From NCBI GenBank assembly GCA_038078255.1, contig JBBUEH010000002.1, positions 7,534 through 71,533 of the forward strand: a stretch of DNA of 64,000 nt. Direction: 5' to 3'. The notes beneath the pieces were generated by a model. That model made no database searches. It was not told the DNA's origin and was given only the letters and a program-made list of their open reading frames with translations. This stretch comes from Patescibacteria group bacterium (GTDB lineage Bacteria; Patescibacteriota; Minisyncoccia; Phycocordibacterales; UBA9973). Shown piece by piece: positions 20,056-29,578 of the stretch; positions within the stretch are counted from its first letter, which is position 1; every line of letters begins with the position of its first letter. The translations under genes were made by a program, and so were the position numbers.

Positions 20056-20658
20056 CTAAACTTGCTTTTTTATCTGCATTTTCCAGTTATTTATCTCAAT
20101 AAGATTGACCTTACCCCTATTTTCATCTATCAACTTTTTAAGTTTTGTAGAAAATCTTTTTGTATTTATTCCTGGTTTCCTAACACCAGCATTAGAAGAC
20201 ACCACATAGACTTTTGTCCCTTTTTCTACTACTTTTCTTATTAGATATTCAAAATCACCATCACCTGTAAAAATAAGAAATTCTTTGTCGATTCCTGCTT
20301 CTTCCATACAATCCACAGTTAAGTCTACATCGCAATTAGATTTTCTATTGTAACCCATATCAACAACTTCGATATTATCTTTTCCACATTCAACACATTT
20401 TATGGAAATAGTTTTATCTGATTTTTTATAAGCAAAAACTGTTTTTGCCCTTACGATGCAACCATTCTTTGATAGAGTGTCAAATTCTTTAGCGGTTTCT
20501 GTATCCCCTTCATCAATACCTGAATAAAAGAAAATTTTCTCACAGTCCCATTTTTCTTTTAGATATTTACAGAGTTTATGCCAATCAACAATAAAACCCA
20601 ATAACTTTTGTGTAGTAGTGGCTGTGTTCTGAACATCTATAAAAGCGTATCTTTTCAT
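20056..20658 (-). CDS. NYN/LabA (PIN-like) domain ribonuclease
   Basis: AFIDVQN, KSNCDVDL, IFTGDGDF; start moved to MKRYAF at 20658. Confidence 0.85.
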   Translation of the reverse strand: MKRYAFIDVQNTATTTQKLLGFIVDWHKLCKYLKEKWDCEKIFFYSGIDEGDTETAKEFDTLSKNGCIVRAKTVFAYKKSDKTISIKCVECGKDNIEVVDMGYNRKSNCDVDLTVDCMEEAGIDKEFLIFTGDGDFEYLIRKVVEKGTKVYVVSSNAGVRKPGINTKRFSTKLKKLIDENRGKVNLIEINNWKMQIKKQV

Positions 20659-20823
20659 ATAAAAATGATAGCACAAATTCAGGCACAAGCAAAAAATCTC
20701 TGAGAACAAGTTCTCAGAGATAAATTTGATAAAAAAACAAAAGAACATTTTGTTGCGGCCCCGTTAGGTCAGGTTTTTATTTACGGGGCCGCCTTTTTTT
20801 CTTACTTCATTCTTTCTTCTCCT

Positions 20824-20993
20824 TTCTTCCGAACAGGGTTCGGAAGAACCTTCTCACCCTCCACCCCACCGGGGGTGGAGGGGGGTTCAGAAACAGGGGG
20901 TTGGAGAGATGCTCAAAAGATCCTCCCCAACCCTCGTTCCTCAGGGAAAACCGACTTGATCGGGTTTCCCTGCACCATCCTGTAACCATGGTG
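20824..20993. other. GC-rich array of five hairpins (structured RNA or small ORF)
   Basis: Stems at 20824-48, 20857-82, 20898-933, 20942-72 and 20973-93. Confidence 0.55.
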
Positions 20994-21100
20994 TGGTTCC
21001 TTTCACATATTTTATACCACACAAAAATAAAAATCACAACAAAAAAAACCCGAATTTCTTCGAGTTTTTCTAGAACCTAGTAACTAGCACCTAATTATCT

Positions 21101-21484
21101 CTATATCCCCTTTAAGTCTTCCATCGCTTCGTCTACTGTCTTCAGCGAACTTGGAGCTTTGCCCATACCGCTACCAGTGTTACCCATCATAGGGGCAGAA
21201 TCATGCCCACCTATGCTGTGCTCTTGCCTCATGCCTCCTTCTGGTTCGTTAATTTTCAAATTAACCCGAGCATTATTTTTCATGCCGATAATGCGGAGCA
21301 GTGTGCGGATAGCTTTCGCCGTATTGCCCATCCTGCCGATAATCTTGCCCATATCCGCAGGATTCACCGTCAAGCTAATAAGTACTCCCATTTCGTCCAC
21401 CGTGCGATCAATCTTGATATCATTCGGATTGTCTACTAATGCCTTCACGACATATTCCAGAAACACCTTGTCTGCTTCTTCCAT
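21101..21484 (-). CDS. khpA: KH-domain RNA-binding protein
   Basis: DMGKIIGRMGNTAKAIRTLL; downstream of rpsP. Confidence 0.9.
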   Translation of the reverse strand: MEEADKVFLEYVVKALVDNPNDIKIDRTVDEMGVLISLTVNPADMGKIIGRMGNTAKAIRTLLRIIGMKNNARVNLKINEPEGGMRQEHSIGGHDSAPMMGNTGSGMGKAPSSLKTVDEAMEDLKGI

Positions 21485-21557
21485 GTTGTTTTATTAAATT
21501 ATAATAATCATGCAGTGTTACGACTTGATTTACTGCGTTATCTGTAATTATACAGAA

Positions 21558-21875
21558 CTATTTTTTTGCTTTCAACTCCTTTCTCTTGACTGTCGGTTTT
21601 TTCTTTGGCAACACATTCACCTTCTTGCCTTCTATTACTTTGTCGTGAACTAAAAAATTGTGCATCGTATCAGAACACTTTGCGCCCTGACTCATCCAAT
21701 ATTTGATCCGATCATTCACGAAGTTCTTTACTCCCGTCTTGTCCATTTTGGGATTGTAAGTGCCAAGTATTTCTAAAAATCTTCCACTCTTGGCGCTGTT
21801 CTTCGAATCAGTCAAAACAACCCGAAAACTCGGATCATTCTTCCTGCCTATTCTCTGCAGTCTTATTTTTAACAT
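21558..21875 (-). CDS. rpsP: 30S ribosomal protein S16
   Basis: MLKIRLQRIGRKN..GRFLEILGTYNP. Confidence 0.97.
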   Translation of the reverse strand: MLKIRLQRIGRKNDPSFRVVLTDSKNSAKSGRFLEILGTYNPKMDKTGVKNFVNDRIKYWMSQGAKCSDTMHNFLVHDKVIEGKKVNVLPKKKPTVKRKELKAKK

Positions 21876-21927
21876 TGCAAAAAGAGTCTAACATAAATTT
21901 AAAAAAATGCAAAATTTATGTTGAGAT

Positions 21928-22620
21928 TTATCGGCGACCTCTATTAGATCGTGGTTGTTGAGAACCACCAACTCGTCCGCTGAATCTTCTGCTACCACTA
22001 ATACTGCCACCACCGCCATGGTGACCACTAATACTACCACCTCTATACCCACCGCCTCCGTAGTAACCGCCACCGTAAAGAAAAGGATTAACAAATTTTG
22101 GTTGACTGGCATCCGCTTCTTTTCTTTTAGTTTTTCCCTCTTCTTTAATCCTAAGTTTTTCTAGCTTTATCTCTTCTGGTGATAACTTTCTTACCCTTTT
22201 TTTACCCGTTGCTTTTCCGTCTGCATCAAGCATATCTTCTTCAACTTCACTAAACACAGCGAGATCTTTCTCTTTTTCATAAGGTGTACCGAACTTTTTA
22301 TCTGGATCTGAAACTTCTGATTTATCTGGAGTTTTTATTGCTTGTTCATCAGCAACATGTAAAGCTTTAGCTAACTCTACATCTACTGTCGCCAAGGCAA
22401 TCTTTTGTTCATTTGCTAATTTTGTTTTTTTATTTTGATCTTTTTCTTTATTAATTCTAGCCTCAAATTGAGCTGTAACTAAAGCTTTTTGAGTTAAAAA
22501 TTGTTCTCTAAGTGTTGCCTCACTTGCTTGTGCACCTTCTGGATGAAGCATACTAGCTGCTGCTAAAGCACCAACTTGAGCCACTCTTTTTATTTTTCCC
22601 CCAAACTTTTCCATTCCCAT
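21928..22620 (-). CDS. Hypothetical exported protein with Gly/Tyr/Arg-rich C-terminus
   Basis: Signal-like N-terminus ending AQA; YGGGYYGGGGYRGG tail. Confidence 0.65.
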   Translation of the reverse strand: MGMEKFGGKIKRVAQVGALAAASMLHPEGAQASEATLREQFLTQKALVTAQFEARINKEKDQNKKTKLANEQKIALATVDVELAKALHVADEQAIKTPDKSEVSDPDKKFGTPYEKEKDLAVFSEVEEDMLDADGKATGKKRVRKLSPEEIKLEKLRIKEEGKTKRKEADASQPKFVNPFLYGGGYYGGGGYRGGSISGHHGGGGSISGSRRFSGRVGGSQQPRSNRGRR

Positions 22621-22721
22621 AAATTTATTGGTTAATCTTTTAATAATTAAAAACTTTTATAAATAAAGTATGGTGTATTTGAAGTCTGTTGTCAATACCC
22701 ATTTTATGCTATATTTATTGA

Positions 22722-24728
22722 GTGAAACACCAGACGAACAAACTTCAGGGCATCATTTCAATTTCCTCCAAAGGTATTGGATATGTCGCCATTGGTGAAA
22801 ATAAAAATAAAGGGCAAGATCCAGAAATTGATTTCCGGCATTTGAACACTGCGCTCCATGGAGACACGGTGGAAATACTGCTCCATCCTAAGGGACACGG
22901 CAGGCAGACTGCTGAAGTTTCAAAAATAATTTCCCGAGCGAAAATGAACTTCGCCGGGGTGTTGGAAGTGGAGAATAAAATGCATTTTTTGAAACCTGAC
23001 GATAGTAAAATGTACACTGATATTTTAATTCCTGAAAGAAATTTACATGAGGCGAAGGTTGGGCAGAAAGTTTTCGTCGAAATAGTTTCCTGGCATGACT
23101 CCCGCAAAGCGCCAGAGGGAAAGGTGGTGAAAATTCTGGGTCAGCCTGGAGACAATACCGTAGAAATGCATGCGATAGCTTTAGAGAAGGGTTTCGCCGC
23201 AGAACTTCCAAAGAAAGTGGAAGACGAAGCAAGAAAAATCAAAATACTAGGAATGCAAAAAGCTGATTTTGTGGGACGGAGAGACTTTCGAAAAATTCTA
23301 ACCTTTACCATTGACCCCTCTGATGCAAAAGATTTTGATGATGCAATATCATTTAGAGAGCTCCCCTCCTTGAGTAAGGAGGGGGTTGGGGGTGGTAATT
23401 CCAAGCACCACCTCGCCTCCGGCACTCCTCCTTCAAAAGGAGGAGAGGGATTATTTGAAATAGGCATTCACATTGCCGATGTTTCGCATTTCGTGAAGGT
23501 CGGTAGCGCTCTCGATCTTGAAGCGCAAGAACGAGGAACCTCTGTGTATTTAGTCGACAGAACTATCCCCATGCTTCCAGAAACTTTATCAAATGATTTA
23601 TGTAGTCTCGTCCCTCACAAAGATCGACTCACCATGAGCGCCGTTTTTGTCTTGGATAAAAATGCTCAGGTGAAAAGCGAATGGTACGGACGAACTGTGA
23701 TTCATTCGCAAAAAAGATTTACTTATGAAGAAGCAGAAGTATCCATCCATAGGTCTGACGCTCCCCTGCATAAAGAATTAGCTATTTTAAATACTTTGGC
23801 AAAAAAATTAACTAAAGAAAGGTTTACGCAAGGTGCTATATCACTTGACCAAGAAGAAGTAAAATTCGTTTTAGATAAAAAGGGAGTGCCTCTCAAAGTA
23901 TTAAAAAAAGAACGAGGTGATTCCAACAGACTGATTGAAGAATTTATGCTCCTAGCAAATAAAAAAGTAGCGACGGTGTTGTCTCCCTATCCCTCTCTCT
24001 ATCGAGTGCACGATCTGCCGAGTAAAGAAAAAATGGCCGACTTGGCATTTTTCTTGCGTAGTTTAGGACATAAAGTGTCTCTCCGGGACGGAATAATTCC
24101 GACTCATGAGATAAATAAATTATTAGAAAATTTAGAAGACAAAAATGCAAAAGAAAACCTGAGTGATACTGTGCATCGAGCCGTCATTAGATCGATGGCG
24201 AAAGCCGTTTATTCGACCAAAAACATTGGACACTATGGATTGGCATTTTTATACTACACTCACTTTACCTCGCCAATTAGACGATATCCGGACATCATCA
24301 TCCATCGATTGCTTCAAGATTTTCTTTCTGGAAAAAAAAGAAAAAAAGAAAATATGCGAGAAAAAGTTTTAGAATATGAAAAAATAGCCAGGATATCATC
24401 CGAACAAGAAAAAAGGGCCTCCGATGCCGAAAGAGCCTCTATTAAATATAAACAAGTAGAATATATGTCTCTCCGTATGGGAGAAAAATTCGAGGGTATT
24501 ATTAGTGGTATTACCGAGTGGGGTCTATTCATTGAAGAAAAGGAAACAAAATGTGAAGGTATGGTACGAGTCCGAGATATGCAGGATGACTTTTATATTT
24601 TCAACGAAAAAAAATTAGAATTAGTAGGACAAAAAAAGAAAAAGAAATATCGCTTGGGTGATCGAGTGAAAATAAAAGTGAAAGGAGTTGATTTAGAACG
24701 AAAAACCATAGATTATATTTTAAGATGA
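22722..24728 (+). CDS. rnr: Ribonuclease R
   Basis: TIDPSDAKDFDDA, HIADVS, YTHFTSPIRRYPD, C-terminal S1 domain. Confidence 0.96.
   Translation: MKHQTNKLQGIISISSKGIGYVAIGENKNKGQDPEIDFRHLNTALHGDTVEILLHPKGHGRQTAEVSKIISRAKMNFAGVLEVENKMHFLKPDDSKMYTDILIPERNLHEAKVGQKVFVEIVSWHDSRKAPEGKVVKILGQPGDNTVEMHAIALEKGFAAELPKKVEDEARKIKILGMQKADFVGRRDFRKILTFTIDPSDAKDFDDAISFRELPSLSKEGVGGGNSKHHLASGTPPSKGGEGLFEIGIHIADVSHFVKVGSALDLEAQERGTSVYLVDRTIPMLPETLSNDLCSLVPHKDRLTMSAVFVLDKNAQVKSEWYGRTVIHSQKRFTYEEAEVSIHRSDAPLHKELAILNTLAKKLTKERFTQGAISLDQEEVKFVLDKKGVPLKVLKKERGDSNRLIEEFMLLANKKVATVLSPYPSLYRVHDLPSKEKMADLAFFLRSLGHKVSLRDGIIPTHEINKLLENLEDKNAKENLSDTVHRAVIRSMAKAVYSTKNIGHYGLAFLYYTHFTSPIRRYPDIIIHRLLQDFLSGKKRKKENMREKVLEYEKIARISSEQEKRASDAERASIKYKQVEYMSLRMGEKFEGIISGITEWGLFIEEKETKCEGMVRVRDMQDDFYIFNEKKLELVGQKKKKKYRLGDRVKIKVKGVDLERKTIDYILR
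23361..23446. repeat. In-frame two-module palindromic insertion in rnr
   Basis: CTCCCCTCCTT-GAGT-AAGGAGGGG..GGGGGTGGT plus CTCCTCCTT-CAA-AAGGAGGAG; related copies in pheT, ligA and recG. Confidence 0.85.
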
Positions 24729-26635
24729 AAATAAAAACAGGAATTTTAATGATGCTGGCTGTTTTTGCGATATTTTTCTTTGCGTCAGATATTTTACATA
24801 ATATTATTTACAAAAAAATACTGCGCTCAAAAGATAGCTCAGCCTTATCAGCGCAAATTGTGGATAGAGAAGAAACGGAAAAATATTTCTATGTTAATAA
24901 AGATTCAAATTTAAAAGGAGGGCCCAATATTTCTGCCGCCGCCTATCTGGTGGGAGACTTAAATACGGGCGAAGTGATCCTGGCAAAAAATCAAGACGAG
25001 AAATTCCCCCTCGCTTCAGTCTCCAAACTCATGACGGCCTTGGTAACCAAAGAAATATCCAAGGAAGATGCTCTGGCCGAGGTAAGCAAGGGAGCATTAG
25101 AGACGCCCGGCAAAAATGGCGGTCTCAGAATTGGAGAGAAAATAAAAATATTAGACCTCCTCTACCCGCTTCTCCTAGAATCAAGCAACGATGCGGCAGA
25201 AATAATTGCAGGACATTTCGAACGAGATACTTTTTTAAAGAAAATGAATCAGGAAGCAGAAAATCTAAAAATGTCCTTGACGACATACGAAGACCCGAGC
25301 GGACTCTCTCCAAACAATCAGTCTACAGTTTCTGATATGTTCAAACTCGTGGGATATATAAATAAAAAAAATCCAGAATTACTAGAAATTACCACGAAAC
25401 GATCTTTTTCCAACAAAAAACATAGCTGGTCCAACATCAGCCAGTTCTTGCGAAAAGAGGGTTATCTAGGGGGCAAAAGCGGATACACCGATGAAGCTAG
25501 GCAAACTGGCATTTCACTTTTTTCTCTACCCCTCGGAGACCAAAATAAAAATACAGGCAACCGTCCCATCGCCATCACGCTTCTTCAAAGCAAAGATCGT
25601 TATCGAGATGTCGAAAACATTTTAAAATATTTGAAAAAATATATATACTACGGTGGCAACTTAGATGCAAACACTGACTGGGTAGCAGAGAAGGTGGGGG
25701 CGCCGGACATTCGGGAGCCAGATTTTGTAACTTTTACCTTCCTGGGCGACATGATGCTTGATCGTGGAGTGAAAAATTCTGTGCTAAAAAATTTCAACAA
25801 TGACTACTCGGCGCTTTTTGAAAAAATGGAGTTGCTCAAAGATTCAGACATTGTTTTCGCCAATCTAGAAGGTACCGCCTCGGATCAAGGCGCCGACCTA
25901 CGCAACCTATATTCCTTCCAAATGGATCCTGCTGTAGTCCCCGCCCTCGCCGGCGCTGGCATTGATGTCTTATCTGTCGCCAACAATCATGTTGGAGATT
26001 GGGGACGAATGTCTTTCGTTGACACTCTGGAAAATTTAAAAGAGAACGAGATTCGTTATACCGGAGGAGGAGAAAATAGTGTCGAAGCGGAGATGCCGAC
26101 CATTTTAGAAAAATACGGAATAAAAATAGGATTTCTTGGTTTTTCAGATGTAGGACCTAATTGGATGAAAGCAACAGAAGAACAAGCAGGATTATTGCTC
26201 GCTAGCAATCCTCGTTTCGAGGAAATAATTCAAGATGCTTCCAGGCAAGTAGACTTTCTCGTCGTCTCATTTCACTTTGGTGAAGAATATCAAACAAAAC
26301 ACAATGCCAGACAGGAACTATTAGCGCGCAAAGCGGTAGATAGTGGAGCCAAGATAGTGGTGGGCCATCATCCGCATGTTGTTGAAGATACAGAAATTTA
26401 TAGCCGAAAAGATTGCACTCAAAGTTCGTGCATGGGCTACATTGCCTACTCGCTTGGGAATTTTATTTTCGATCAATCATTTAGCGCAGAGACAATGCAA
26501 GGTATGTTGCTTAATCTTAAATTAAACAAAGATGGAAATATGACAATAAAGAAAGATGCAATAAAATTAAATAAAGCCTTTCAGCCGGATACGGTAATCA
26601 TGGGCAAGAAAGAGCAAATTGAATTTAAAAAGTAG
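24725..26635 (+). CDS. Fusion of D-Ala-D-Ala carboxypeptidase (S11) and CapA/PGA_cap metallophosphatase-like domain
   Basis: SVSK, SSN and KSG motifs followed by GDMML, NLEG, ANNH, FHFGEEY, GHHPHV, YSLGNF. Confidence 0.88.
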   Translation: MKIKTGILMMLAVFAIFFFASDILHNIIYKKILRSKDSSALSAQIVDREETEKYFYVNKDSNLKGGPNISAAAYLVGDLNTGEVILAKNQDEKFPLASVSKLMTALVTKEISKEDALAEVSKGALETPGKNGGLRIGEKIKILDLLYPLLLESSNDAAEIIAGHFERDTFLKKMNQEAENLKMSLTTYEDPSGLSPNNQSTVSDMFKLVGYINKKNPELLEITTKRSFSNKKHSWSNISQFLRKEGYLGGKSGYTDEARQTGISLFSLPLGDQNKNTGNRPIAITLLQSKDRYRDVENILKYLKKYIYYGGNLDANTDWVAEKVGAPDIREPDFVTFTFLGDMMLDRGVKNSVLKNFNNDYSALFEKMELLKDSDIVFANLEGTASDQGADLRNLYSFQMDPAVVPALAGAGIDVLSVANNHVGDWGRMSFVDTLENLKENEIRYTGGGENSVEAEMPTILEKYGIKIGFLGFSDVGPNWMKATEEQAGLLLASNPRFEEIIQDASRQVDFLVVSFHFGEEYQTKHNARQELLARKAVDSGAKIVVGHHPHVVEDTEIYSRKDCTQSSCMGYIAYSLGNFIFDQSFSAETMQGMLLNLKLNKDGNMTIKKDAIKLNKAFQPDTVIMGKKEQIEFKK

Positions 26636-26637
26636 TC

Positions 26638-26662
26638 CATACGGAGGCAACGCCTCCGTATG
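26638..26662. repeat. REP-like hairpin between convergent genes
   Basis: CATACGGAGG-CAACG-CCTCCGTATG. Confidence 0.7.
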
Positions 26663-26726
26663 TTATTTATACCCAGCTTCTTTTAATAATTTTTTTAGAA
26701 GATGAGCCGAGAATTAATTTCATAAA

Positions 26727-28856
26727 TTATTTTGCAATGGCCACTGCTTCGTCGAATTTTACGGAAAGAAGTTTCGAGGCGCCGTTACTGCCCACGGTAA
26801 CACCATAAAGCACTCCGGCTCTCGACATAGTTTCTCGATTGTGGGTCACGACGATAAGCTGGGAATGTTTGGAAAGTTTCTCCAGCATATCCCCGTACTT
26901 GCGAGAATTTGCTTCATCCAGCGCCGCATCTGTTTCATCTAAGACCAAGAAAGGTGGCGGGTTAACTTGAGACATGGCAAAGAGGAGAGCGATAGAAGTA
27001 AGCGATCTCTCCCCTCCCGAAAGCGCATGGAGTTCTTTGACCTTTTTATGCGGAAGCGAAACATTTATTTCTATCCCTTGCTCGAAGACAATTTCTTCTT
27101 CATCTTTTACTTCCATTTCTTCTTCTAGCCCAGCGGGCATGTTTCTCTTTTTCTTATTTTCAACAATAATCGAAAGAGCTCCTGTCCCTCCACCAAACAT
27201 CAGCGAAAAGAATTCCTGAAACTCCACATTTATCTTTTTTATGCCATTTTTAAATTCTACGGCTATCTTCTCCTTCAAGTCTTCTATCAGCTTTTCTAAG
27301 GCTTTCATACTTCGAGACAGATCGTCCAGCTCTTTGGCTAAAAATAAATCCCGCTCTGAAACTTCTTGGAACTCTTTCATGATTTCTGTTCCACTCCCTA
27401 GACCTGCATCTTCTAATTTTATTTTTATCCGTTCAATTTTTTTCTTTTGTTCTTCTTGGGTGTTTTCTTCTATGTCTTTTATTTCATAATCTTGATAAGT
27501 TGAGACTATCTGTCCAATGAGCGCCACCCCTTCTTTGATTTCATTGAGGAATGCTTCGTTTCTGTTTCTTAGATTCTCTTCCTTGATAGTCACCAGCCCC
27601 AGAGTGGAAGATAATTCTTGCTGTTTTACTTTCCAGGTAAATTTCTCTCGTTCTAAATCACGCAGGGTTTCAATTTCTTTATTTATTTCTTGTTTTAATT
27701 TTTCAACTAATTCCTTTTTTCCTTTTTCCTCTGCTTCCACTTTTTTAATTTCAACCACAATTAGAACCTGTGAATTTTTTAATTCCACCAACTCCTTTTC
27801 TTCATTTTGTCTTTTTTCTATCTGTTCCGGTTGTATTTCTTTGATTTCGTTCCCGCAGAGCGGGCATTTGCCCGCCAATTTAACCTTATTTTCCTTGGAC
27901 TCAAGCATTCCTTCAATTCGGCCGAGCTTACGCTCTAATTCATTTTTCAAAGCATGTATTTCATTCAACTTTTTCTCAATAACTCGAAGTTCTTCTATTT
28001 CCTTATTCCCTGTTGTAGAATTCCCCTCTTCGGTGCTAGAAATTTTACTCAGAACATCTTCGAGCTCTCTGACAGTTTTTTTTCTTTCGGCCAGCAAGCT
28101 GGACTTTTCTTTTTCTAAATAAACACTTTCTTTTTTTAAATACTCTCTGTAGAGCGCCAACAATTCCATCTGCATTTCTTTGCCTTTTTCAAATTTCTCT
28201 ACTTGTTTCTTGAGGAAATTAAGATGGGGAGCATTTTCTCTGCGAAGCATTGCTACTTCTTTCATATTGAGGGTCGTTCGTTCTAACTTTCTTTCTGATT
28301 CTTTGATTTTATATTGATAAATTTTGAGCCCCAAGGCGTCTTCTACCATTTCTTTTCTATCTTTCGGACTAGCATTTAAAATTCTGTCCGCTTCGCCTTG
28401 AGAAATAATGTGGTGCCCAGAGGAACCGACATTCACCGAAGCAAGCAGATTGTGAATATCTTTCAACCTCACTTCTTCTCCATTTAAAATATATTTATTC
28501 AGCCCATCCATATGCACTTCCCGGGAGATGCTCACCGTGCTGAAATTTAAATTTACATTTTCTCCGCTCTGATTGGAAAGTTTAAAAACCTTGTCGGCAT
28601 TATTGAAATGAATTGCAACCGAAGCCCGAGACCCTTTCGGTAAATTTTTAGATCCTTTAAAAATTAAATCCGAGCCAGTCTTCCCCCGCATCGACTTCAT
28701 TGATTGCTCACCTAAAACGAAACGGAAGGCCTCCACCACATTGGATTTTCCAGAACCATTCGGACCCACAATAGAAACAACTGGATGATGAAACTCTAAA
28801 ATAGTTTTGTGAGCAAAAGATTTGAAACCGTTTAATTCTAGGGTCTTGAGTCGCAT
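26727..28856 (-). CDS. smc: Short SMC-family ATPase (709 aa) with no recognisable hinge and a central CPLC motif
   Basis: GPNGSGKSN, IISQG, LSGGE, LDETDAALD; directly downstream of rnc. Confidence 0.85.
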   Translation of the reverse strand: MRLKTLELNGFKSFAHKTILEFHHPVVSIVGPNGSGKSNVVEAFRFVLGEQSMKSMRGKTGSDLIFKGSKNLPKGSRASVAIHFNNADKVFKLSNQSGENVNLNFSTVSISREVHMDGLNKYILNGEEVRLKDIHNLLASVNVGSSGHHIISQGEADRILNASPKDRKEMVEDALGLKIYQYKIKESERKLERTTLNMKEVAMLRRENAPHLNFLKKQVEKFEKGKEMQMELLALYREYLKKESVYLEKEKSSLLAERKKTVRELEDVLSKISSTEEGNSTTGNKEIEELRVIEKKLNEIHALKNELERKLGRIEGMLESKENKVKLAGKCPLCGNEIKEIQPEQIEKRQNEEKELVELKNSQVLIVVEIKKVEAEEKGKKELVEKLKQEINKEIETLRDLEREKFTWKVKQQELSSTLGLVTIKEENLRNRNEAFLNEIKEGVALIGQIVSTYQDYEIKDIEENTQEEQKKKIERIKIKLEDAGLGSGTEIMKEFQEVSERDLFLAKELDDLSRSMKALEKLIEDLKEKIAVEFKNGIKKINVEFQEFFSLMFGGGTGALSIIVENKKKRNMPAGLEEEMEVKDEEEIVFEQGIEINVSLPHKKVKELHALSGGERSLTSIALLFAMSQVNPPPFLVLDETDAALDEANSRKYGDMLEKLSKHSQLIVVTHNRETMSRAGVLYGVTVGSNGASKLLSVKFDEAVAIAK

Positions 28857-28866
28857 AATGAATATT

Positions 28867-29574
28867 TTAATCCATCCAATTCTTTACTTTTAATGCGGCT
28901 TCGGCTGCTTTTTGTTCTGCTTCTTGTTTTGATTTGCCTTTGCCTTCGGCAATTAAATTCGGCCCGAAATAAATTCCCACCGTAAAATGCTTATCATGAT
29001 CCGGACCTGATTCATTCATAACTTTATAAGAGGGTGTGACATTTACAAATTCCTGAGCTTTTTCCTGCACCAGGGACTTCGCATCACGCCAAAGTTTTTT
29101 ATTCACTATTTCATCGGTTTTCGGTAAAAGGGTTTTGTGAATAAATTTATTCACCACCTCTATTCCTTGATCTAGATACAATGCTCCAATATACGCTTCG
29201 TATGTATTGGCCAAAATATATTGTCTGGCTTTGCCGTTATCTTTCGCCTCACCTCGGGACAAAAGCAAATAATCATTCATACCTATTTCGAGAGCCGCTT
29301 CAGAGATGATAATAGCGTTCACGAGAGCTGAGCGAAGCGCCGTTAGTTCACCTTCGGTATAACTCGAATATTTTTTATAAAGAAAATCCGTCACGACAAG
29401 CTCGAGCACTGCATCTCCAAGAAATTCCAGCCGTTCATTGTGCGAGAATCCAGCTGATGGATTCTCGTTAATAAAAGAACGATGAATGAAAGCTTGCTTC
29501 AGTAGATCTTTGTTCTTGAAAATTACTTTTGTTTTTTTCTCAAAATCTGAAAAATTAATTGTTTTATTTGTCAT
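28867..29574 (-). CDS. rnc: Ribonuclease III
   Basis: NERLEFLGDAVL and C-terminal dsRBD. Confidence 0.98.
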   Translation of the reverse strand: MTNKTINFSDFEKKTKVIFKNKDLLKQAFIHRSFINENPSAGFSHNERLEFLGDAVLELVVTDFLYKKYSSYTEGELTALRSALVNAIIISEAALEIGMNDYLLLSRGEAKDNGKARQYILANTYEAYIGALYLDQGIEVVNKFIHKTLLPKTDEIVNKKLWRDAKSLVQEKAQEFVNVTPSYKVMNESGPDHDKHFTVGIYFGPNLIAEGKGKSKQEAEQKAAEAALKVKNWMD

Positions 29575-29578
29575 TTTA

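Noticed and set aside
20002-20244. 80-aa + strand ORF after the promoter at 19976
   Set aside because: Antisense to the NYN gene, starts inside the -10 box and has no protein-like features
27128-27138. GCCC-AGC-GGGC in smc, and GCCCTCCAGGGGC in trmD near 19504
   Set aside because: Too short to distinguish from chance without orthologue alignments
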